Below are positions 57,526-64,000 of a stretch of 64,000 bases of DNA, piece after piece. Source of the DNA: a virus; the IMG/VR virus record IMGVR_UViG_3300033145_001546, positions 1-64,000 of that record; one strand, 5' to 3'. A program made the position numbers and the translations under genes. Each line of letters starts with the position of its first letter. The stretch's first letter is position 1. The notes below the pieces were generated by a model. It worked only from the letters and a program-made list of their open reading frames with translations. It was not told where the DNA came from and did not search any database.

Positions 57526-57778
57526 AAAGATATTGCATTCTTATCATACCTATTTTGAGGCAGCGATGAGAGCAACCAGTCTTGGATTATGTAAACGGGC
57601 AATTAAACATGCTTTGGAAGATGAACAAAAAATCAAAGAAGAAAAAGCAAGTTAAAGTAGAGTGCCGAATATGTGCTCATAATTGTGTGCGCCATGGAGA
57701 ATATGGATGTCTCAGGGCGTGGGTGAAAGGTGGCCCACAAAATTGTGAGAGTTTTGTAAAGAGCAAATATGCTAATAA

Positions 57779-58168
57779 ATGAAAGTGCCAATGCCTTACT
57801 CTAAAACATGCATGCCATATAATATAATATGGCGATTCTTTCGTAAGCATGCCTCAGCTAAGGATATAGCAAGAATCACCGCCTGTAGACTGAAAGGGTT
57901 TCAGTTTGATAAGATAATGTTGTGGGGAGACAATCACAGACTCTCTTTGGAAGTTAGTTTCTTTTGTGATGGGTGTAGAAAGAGTTGTACTTCAAATATA
58001 TCAATGAGGGAAGTAGTGGCATCTAAAATTTTGGAGACGGTGCAGCAAGGGATGGTATATAAACGAGACATTTTGAACTCCGATATAAAAGGCCGAAGTG
58101 CTGACTTCGTAGTGCTTGACGAGTTCGCTCATATGGAACGAGGTTTGAGTGGAGAGATTACATCTTGA
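57779..58168 (+). CDS. Hypothetical protein
   Basis: Coupled ORF. Confidence 0.45.
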   Translation: MKVPMPYSKTCMPYNIIWRFFRKHASAKDIARITACRLKGFQFDKIMLWGDNHRLSLEVSFFCDGCRKSCTSNISMREVVASKILETVQQGMVYKRDILNSDIKGRSADFVVLDEFAHMERGLSGEITS

Positions 58169-59184
58169 TAAGTAAAATCAAAATCCGAAACTTCAGTATC
58201 CAAAAGAAATGTGAGATAGAATTTGGACCCAATGTCACTACCATCGTGGGTTCTTGTGCTCACGGTAAAAGTGCAGTCCTCCGTGCTATCAAATTCATTT
58301 GTATGAATAAACCATCCGGGGATAAGTTTATCAACTGGGATGCAGAAAAGACATCTGTTCGATTAACTGTAGATGGGAAAACAATACTCAGACGAAAAGG
58401 CAAAAACATCAACATCTACAGATTAGGCAAGGAAGAGTTTGAAGCCTTTGGGCACGATGTCCCTCAACCCATAGCTGATTTAGTAAATATGGACGACCTT
58501 AATTTTCAGGGGCAACACGATAAGCCTTTTTGGTTTTGCGAAACGGCGGGGGAAGTATCGCGGCAACTCAACTCCATCGTCAATTTAGAGATTATTGATA
58601 GAACACTATCCAGCATTGACGGTGGCATACGGGATGCCAATGCAGAAATTAAAATAATCACCAAACGATTAGAGCAGGCCCAAGAGCAAAGGAAAGAACT
58701 GGCATTTGCTGTTTCTTTAGATGCAGAACTCACCCACATAGAAAAACTGGAAAAATCAGCCCGTGAAAAGGCCGTAGGATTGTCTACGCTGCGAGATATT
58801 GTCGAAAACGGTAGGGAATACAGGAGGGAACGGAAAAACAACAGAGATTTGGCGTCCGGTGGCGATTCCGCATTGGAGAAGGGGCAGGAATGGCAAGAAT
58901 TGGCAATGTCAATTGTAATTTTGGAGAATTATGTAAAAACTGGGGCTCAAGCCTACAAATTATCGCAATCCCCTCCGGATATGGGTCCCCTGCATGATGC
59001 CAAAAAATCTTATGACATAATTAGCGGTCAAGCATTCCATTTGAACTTACTATTGGAAGACATAACTAAACATGATGTGCAATTATGCCTAAGAAAAAAA
59101 GAAGTGGAAACTACATCCAAAAGCCTAACTCAAGCAATCAAAGGAAGGTGCCCCCTATGTCTGAGACCAATGAAGAAGTCATAG
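58165..59184 (+). CDS. SbcC/Rad50 N-terminal half
   Basis: IRNF, variant Walker A GSCAHGKS, Q-loop FQGQHD, coiled coil, terminal CPLC hook. Confidence 0.8.
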   Translation: MISKIKIRNFSIQKKCEIEFGPNVTTIVGSCAHGKSAVLRAIKFICMNKPSGDKFINWDAEKTSVRLTVDGKTILRRKGKNINIYRLGKEEFEAFGHDVPQPIADLVNMDDLNFQGQHDKPFWFCETAGEVSRQLNSIVNLEIIDRTLSSIDGGIRDANAEIKIITKRLEQAQEQRKELAFAVSLDAELTHIEKLEKSAREKAVGLSTLRDIVENGREYRRERKNNRDLASGGDSALEKGQEWQELAMSIVILENYVKTGAQAYKLSQSPPDMGPLHDAKKSYDIISGQAFHLNLLLEDITKHDVQLCLRKKEVETTSKSLTQAIKGRCPLCLRPMKKS

Positions 59185-60164
59185 CCATATTGTGTGCGGA
59201 CATTCATTTGCAAGCGCAGCCTCCCATCTGGCGGTCAGCAGAACCGGATTGGTATGAAGCAATGCAAAGACCATTGGATGAAATAAAAGCCCTACAAAAA
59301 CAAACTGGCCGCAACTGCCCTGTCCTTTGTGCCGGAGATATATTTGATAAATGGTATGGGGCTGTAGGGAAACAAAGTTCTGAACTTATCAATTGGGCTT
59401 TGAAACACCTCCCCGACCATATGTATTGTATACCAGGACAACATGACTTGCCTGATCATAATTATGAACAGATTTGGAGAAGTGCATATTCAACTTTGGT
59501 TCGAGCAGGTAAGATTAAAGATATTCAATTTGGTCTGGAGGAGATTGTCGAATTAGGTGGTGGAAGGTACGGGCAAGGTCTTTTGGATAATGGAGAAGTA
59601 TGTACTGATGATATAAGAGTCTATGGATTCCCGTATGGCCTTCCACTCCGTCCTCTCGAAAATAGAAACAAAAGGCATTTTCATATAGCCCTTGCCCATG
59701 AATACATTTGGATGACGGGCCATTCTTATCCCGGTGCTCCGAAAGAGGGGCATCTAAAAACAAAAGTCTCTAAAATTAAAAACCAAATGTGGAATGGTTA
59801 TGATGTGGTTGTTTATGGAGATAACCATAAAGGATTTTTAGGGTACTTAGCAACAACCGCTATATTTAACTGCGGAACCTTAATGCGTAGAGCATCAGAC
59901 GAAATAGACTACAAACCAAGAGTGGGCCTGCTTTACGAAGACGGGACTATCAAACCCCACTATCTTGATACATCCAAAGACAAATATATTGAGAAGGTGG
60001 AGGATGCCCCCCTTGAAGAAATGGATATGAGTGAGTTCATAGAGGAATTGAAGAAGTTAGGAGAGACAGGGTTGGAGTTTACAAAGAGGGTTGAACGGTT
60101 CTTCAAGAAAAACAAAACCAGAAAAGTGGTGAGAAACATCATAAGGAAAGGAATGGAAGAGTGA
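59157..60164 (+). CDS. SbcD/Mre11 metallophosphoesterase nuclease
   Basis: DIH, GDIFD, GQHD, GDNH. Confidence 0.88.
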   Translation: MSETNEEVIAILCADIHLQAQPPIWRSAEPDWYEAMQRPLDEIKALQKQTGRNCPVLCAGDIFDKWYGAVGKQSSELINWALKHLPDHMYCIPGQHDLPDHNYEQIWRSAYSTLVRAGKIKDIQFGLEEIVELGGGRYGQGLLDNGEVCTDDIRVYGFPYGLPLRPLENRNKRHFHIALAHEYIWMTGHSYPGAPKEGHLKTKVSKIKNQMWNGYDVVVYGDNHKGFLGYLATTAIFNCGTLMRRASDEIDYKPRVGLLYEDGTIKPHYLDTSKDKYIEKVEDAPLEEMDMSEFIEELKKLGETGLEFTKRVERFFKKNKTRKVVRNIIRKGMEE

Positions 60165-60427
60165 ATAAAGACGAAACCCTAAAAAAGTATATGCGGCTGA
60201 GGAAAGAGGTAGAGACTGCCCAACGACGAGCAGACCAAGCACAGGGGGCGTTGGACCAAACGATGGGCACCCTTAAAAAGGACTTCGGCTGTACCTCATT
60301 GAAGCAAGCCAAGAAGAAACTTAAATCTTTGCAAAAACAAGAGGAAGAAGCAAAAGAAGAATTTGAGGGAGCAGTGGCGGAATTTGAAGAGAAATGGGAT
60401 GAGCAATTAGCGGAGGTAGAAGAGTGA
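60161..60427 (+). CDS. Coiled-coil protein (possible middle piece of the split SbcC)
   Basis: 88-aa heptad pattern. Confidence 0.6.
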   Translation: MNKDETLKKYMRLRKEVETAQRRADQAQGALDQTMGTLKKDFGCTSLKQAKKKLKSLQKQEEEAKEEFEGAVAEFEEKWDEQLAEVEE

Positions 60428-60627
60428 AAGTGATATTAGATAAAAACATTCAATTGCTAATAGTGCCTGAAAGTAATTTAGAGGCACTGGCTCTCGAAAC
60501 GTGGTGTAACAAGCACCTTAAAGATGGATCGGGACGAATAGGATTTGTATTGCAAATGCTAAACGAAGATGGGAAGATCAATCTCAATGGCCCCATAAGA
60601 ATTGGAGAAGTCCGTGAATCTGATTGA
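60424..60627 (+). CDS. Hypothetical protein
   Basis: Coupled ORF. Confidence 0.45.
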   Translation: MKVILDKNIQLLIVPESNLEALALETWCNKHLKDGSGRIGFVLQMLNEDGKINLNGPIRIGEVRESD

Positions 60628-61189
60628 GACAAGAAAAAGGGTTGACCAATTAGTTACCAAATTGGAATACTGTGAAATAACCTACCGCCAAGAGAAATTC
60701 AATTTGGAGCAGGCCCAACAACTCCTAATTGATACAGAGGAGGCTCAATCCATCACTCAACAGATTGCTCAAGCCATACAACAACAGGCCCATAAGCGAA
60801 TAGCAGGAGTGGTGAGCAAATGCTTAGAGGCAGTATTTACCGGGGAGGACCGATATGGATTTAAGATTCATTTCGATAGAAAAAGAGGCCGCACTGAAGC
60901 ACGTTTGGTTTTGACTAAGAACAAGCATGAAATCGAGGACCCGTTAGACTTTGATAGTGGTGGGGTATGTGAAGTGGCAGCGTTTGCTTTGAGGCAATCA
61001 TGCTTAGTCTTATCTAAGCCACGATTGAGAAAAGCAATCTTATTTGACGAGCCGTTCAAATCTGTATCTATGGACTATTTAGACAACGTCCGGATTATGG
61101 TAGACACATTGTCAGAGGAGTTTGGAGTCCAATTCATTATTGTAACTCATTTGGAAGCTCTTACAACTGGAAAGGTAATAAGATTATGA
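60614..61189 (+). CDS. SbcC/Rad50 C-terminal half
   Basis: Signature DSGG, Walker B LFDEPF, IIVTH. Confidence 0.85.
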   Translation: MNLIETRKRVDQLVTKLEYCEITYRQEKFNLEQAQQLLIDTEEAQSITQQIAQAIQQQAHKRIAGVVSKCLEAVFTGEDRYGFKIHFDRKRGRTEARLVLTKNKHEIEDPLDFDSGGVCEVAAFALRQSCLVLSKPRLRKAILFDEPFKSVSMDYLDNVRIMVDTLSEEFGVQFIIVTHLEALTTGKVIRL

Positions 61190-61389
61190 ATGATAAAGAA
61201 ATACATAATATGGATGAGGCCATGGAAGATATTATTCGACACCTTGTCCCCAAACTTAAATCCTTTTATGACAGCTGCATAAAAGAAGGCTTTACAAATG
61301 AGCAATCATTAGAACTAACCAAAACATTTATGACCTACGGGAAATAAATGAAGGGTCTCTTTAGTTTAGCATGTCTGGACTAAGTATGT

Positions 61390-62061
61390 CTAATTAGGTG
61401 AGTCGGGACGGGTGCTGGAGTTTGGGCTGGCAAAAGCTTTTGGAAAGGACCCAGACACCACGTCTCGACTCATAACACACTTCTTCAAATTACCTCTGTT
61501 TTCCCGCACAACCCTACTGGCTTGATAATGTATTATCACCGGATTCTCCACATGCCGCATCAAATTGTATATCACACAATAAGCAGCAGGCAAATTATAA
61601 AAATCTTTGCCCAATACCTTTTCCAAACATCTTTGATCCCATATTCCCGGACGCCTTTGGCACTCTGCTTCCCATTTTTCTACTAAGGCCCTTACTGCCG
61701 GGACGTTCTTTAAGAAAATAGTCCCACTCAAGACCTCATAAGCCTCCACCGTAATTCTGGGGTGGTTCCTGCGGTCAAAATAATGCACTCCAATATCACA
61801 ATCCAAATCTTCAAACAATTTCGGATAGGCTAAAAACTCTGAATCCACATCGTTGTAGACTATATTACACTCCGGAAATTTATCCATCATCCTCTTTATA
61901 AAGGTAGGTTTATACCCACAATTAAGAACCCAACCACCCAAATCATTTATGCCCTCTAAATAATAGGGAATATCAAGTTTCTCTAAGGATCGAATGAGAA
62001 TGTTAGCGTGGTCCTCATAGAAAGTGTCCTTCGTATAATATCCTACTACTATAAATTTCAT
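61390..62061 (-). CDS. GT-A fold nucleotide-sugar transferase
   Basis: KPTFI, YNDVD (DxD), SGTIFL, WDQ, IIHYQASR. Confidence 0.75.
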   Translation of the reverse strand: MKFIVVGYYTKDTFYEDHANILIRSLEKLDIPYYLEGINDLGGWVLNCGYKPTFIKRMMDKFPECNIVYNDVDSEFLAYPKLFEDLDCDIGVHYFDRRNHPRITVEAYEVLSGTIFLKNVPAVRALVEKWEAECQRRPGIWDQRCLEKVLGKDFYNLPAAYCVIYNLMRHVENPVIIHYQASRVVRENRGNLKKCVMSRDVVSGSFPKAFASPNSSTRPDSPN

Positions 62062-62486
62062 AGTATTGGCCTCCTGTTTAGTTCCTTTTTAATAGAGGTA
62101 GAACTAATGCCCTCAGTTCGAGGCAAAAATATCATTTCTAAATTCTCTTTTATCCAAGCATACCCTTCAGGGGGATTCCTTTTATCCTTCCAATCTTCCC
62201 CGGTCACGAACACGTCCACATCCCAATCCTCTAACAATCCCACATCTGCTAACACACTTTGAGAGACTACAAAATCCACACAAGCTAAACTTTTTAATAT
62301 TCTCATTCGTTGGGCTAAAGGAATGACAGGATAAATCCCTTTGTACCGAAGAACCAATTCATCTGTAGACACTCCCACGATGAGAATTGTCCCATATCTT
62401 TTAGCTTTTTCTAAGATGTTCAAATGCCCCACATGGAACAGGTCCCAAACACCACCAACAAAAACTACTTTTTGGGTCTTAGTCAT
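62058..62486 (-). CDS. Cytidylyltransferase (TagD-like)
   Basis: DLFHVGH, GVSTD, GEDW, RTEGISST. Confidence 0.9.
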   Translation of the reverse strand: MTKTQKVVFVGGVWDLFHVGHLNILEKAKRYGTILIVGVSTDELVLRYKGIYPVIPLAQRMRILKSLACVDFVVSQSVLADVGLLEDWDVDVFVTGEDWKDKRNPPEGYAWIKENLEMIFLPRTEGISSTSIKKELNRRPIL

Positions 62487-63184
62487 AATTTTGCCAAATA
62501 ATTACAATGCCTATAATCCTCTTGTTCTGGATGGAATTGATTTTGGAATTTCATCTCCCCTGAAGACACCTTTGCTATGGAAAATCCATGCCCAAGTAAA
62601 AAACAGAACACCTCTTTCAAAGTAATTCCAGCGTCTGCAAAACACTCCCCATACTCAAATTGAATAAAGTCGATTGCCCTATGACATAACAATCTGGCAG
62701 CCCCCCGCATCACCGCTGCCTCATGCCCCTCTACATCTATCTTTAGAAAGCCAATCCTACCCACCTCTTGCTTTTGACAATAATCATCTAAAGTAGTCAT
62801 CGAAACTGAAATCATTTTGGGCTCTCCTATTCCGAAAGCCTTTGCTATTTCTGAATTCCTTTTGTGTATGGTAGATAGTGCCGGGACTCTTTCATATTCC
62901 CAAAAGGCACTCTCCCCCTCTTTATCAGATACTAACAAATTATTCAAGACAGTCTGAGTATAGAAAGCCTCTAAATTCCGTCTTAATATATCATAAGATG
63001 GCGGCAAAGGCTCAAAGCAGTATGTAACAGAATTCCCACCTTGAGTCAAAACCGCCAAAGACCATTCACCACGAAACGCCCCTACATCGAAAACTATGGA
63101 ATCATCTTCAATATATTTCTGAATGACTTCTAACTCACCACCTATTAAATCACTGCCCATAACTTTTTGTGTCTCCTTGACCAT
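62483..63184 (-). CDS. FkbM-family methyltransferase
   Basis: FDVGA, FEP, TLDDY, LKIDVEGHE. Confidence 0.9.
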   Translation of the reverse strand: MVKETQKVMGSDLIGGELEVIQKYIEDDSIVFDVGAFRGEWSLAVLTQGGNSVTYCFEPLPPSYDILRRNLEAFYTQTVLNNLLVSDKEGESAFWEYERVPALSTIHKRNSEIAKAFGIGEPKMISVSMTTLDDYCQKQEVGRIGFLKIDVEGHEAAVMRGAARLLCHRAIDFIQFEYGECFADAGITLKEVFCFLLGHGFSIAKVSSGEMKFQNQFHPEQEDYRHCNYLAKL

Positions 63185-63401
63185 ATGTTTTCATTGTTTT
63201 AGTACCATCCACTAAGCCCAAAACCAATTCATCAATCTCTTGAATGATGTCATTCCGTTGCTCATTCAAAACATTCGTCTTTCTCGTAGCGTTTGCAATC
63301 TCACTATCATCTTTGGATGTTCTTTTCACATCCTCCCACTTCCACATCTTCAAATTAACAATGGTCAATTTATCAACCAAATTTCCTACCGTTTCCATCA
63401 C
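63150..63401 (-). CDS. Small helical protein (DUF4254-like)
   Basis: ETVGNLVDKLTI, WKWED, LNEQRN. Confidence 0.55.
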   Translation of the reverse strand: MMETVGNLVDKLTIVNLKMWKWEDVKRTSKDDSEIANATRKTNVLNEQRNDIIQEIDELVLGLVDGTKTMKTYGQGDTKSYGQ

Positions 63402-64000
63402 CCTATCCTCGTATAAGTATGAAGTTTAGAATGATGAAACATAGGTAGACCTCCAGGGACGTATAACACTGTCGTAGGTTTTCCCAACGCCGCAGAAAGG
63501 GTAGCACACCCAGAGGTGAAACAAAAGAAAGCCTTACAAGAATGGATCACATCACAAAAGTCTTCCAAAGGTCCCGCAGTAATAATCGGCAAATGAGGAA
63601 TAGGTGATTGCCTTTTGAAAGGTTTCATCTGATGAGTTCTTTTTACTGGATGATTCCTAAACCACTTTTCGGTTTGCCTTCTGGACGGCACCCCTATATT
63701 ATTCCCATGGTTGGACTCAAACACAATCGCATCTGTCAACTCTAATAATAACTTTGGCTTATAGTAAATCTCCGGTTCCCGAAAACGCTCACCATCATCC
63801 GGCAAACCCACGAAATCTACTACAGCATCTAATAGATTCTTACCCTTCTCTACTGTATCAAAGATTGGATAGGGTCTATCCTCATCACTGAACCCATCAA
63901 CATACGGGTTGTATTCCCACACCAATCTTTTCGTATTGGGATTTAGATAATCGGAATGATTGGAAATAAGCACTCTATCATACCCATGCAGTTCTTTAGC
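63398..64000 (-). CDS. GT-B (GT9-like) glycosyltransferase, 5'-truncated by the window edge
   Basis: NPYVD, SGCATLSAALGKPTTVLY; the frame is open to position 64000. Confidence 0.6.
   Translation of the reverse strand, partial: AKELHGYDRVLISNHSDYLNPNTKRLVWEYNPYVDGFSDEDRPYPIFDTVEKGKNLLDAVVDFVGLPDDGERFREPEIYYKPKLLLELTDAIVFESNHGNNIGVPSRRQTEKWFRNHPVKRTHQMKPFKRQSPIPHLPIITAGPLEDFCDVIHSCKAFFCFTSGCATLSAALGKPTTVLYVPGGLPMFHHSKLHTYTRIG

Noticed and set aside
1-64000. Integrase/att sites, tRNA genes, stop-codon reassignment
   Set aside because: None recognised by eye, and genes are full length under the standard code. tRNAscan was not run.

Overview
The window is most of the genome of a long-tailed dsDNA phage (Caudoviricetes, probably siphovirus-like). 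No integrase or host genes are visible, and the host cannot be named from sequence alone. It has four parts. (i) 1-21053 (- strand) is the virion module: tape measure (cut by the window edge), tail chaperones with a -1 frameshift, tail tube, a large SGNH-domain protein, head-tail proteins, major capsid, DUF2213-type protease/scaffold, MuF-like protein, portal and terminases. (ii) About 21270-24600 is almost free of CA/TG dinucleotides. It carries a sigma70-like promoter, a structured ~500-nt leader and small genes separated by covarying hairpins and tandem repeats, and leads into a DUF3150-like/AAA/VWA module. (iii) 29148-61189 (+ strand) holds replication and recombination genes (SNF2 helicase, primase, DnaB, clamp, clamp loader, split UDG-PolA, SSB, RecA, FEN, resolvase, split SbcCD). 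Embedded in them is a candidate DNA hypermodification cluster: two SPL-like radical SAM enzymes (one broken by a naturally split intein), a fold-II PLP enzyme, a DUF2156-like aminoacyl-tRNA-dependent transferase, a PAPS-reductase-family protein and a DNA methyltransferase. (iv) 61390-64000 (- strand) is a glycosyltransferase/cytidylyltransferase/FkbM cluster. The best candidate for a new system is the pairing of the modification cluster with the CA/TG-free early region; that link is inference. All family calls come from motif recognition by eye, with no database searches run.
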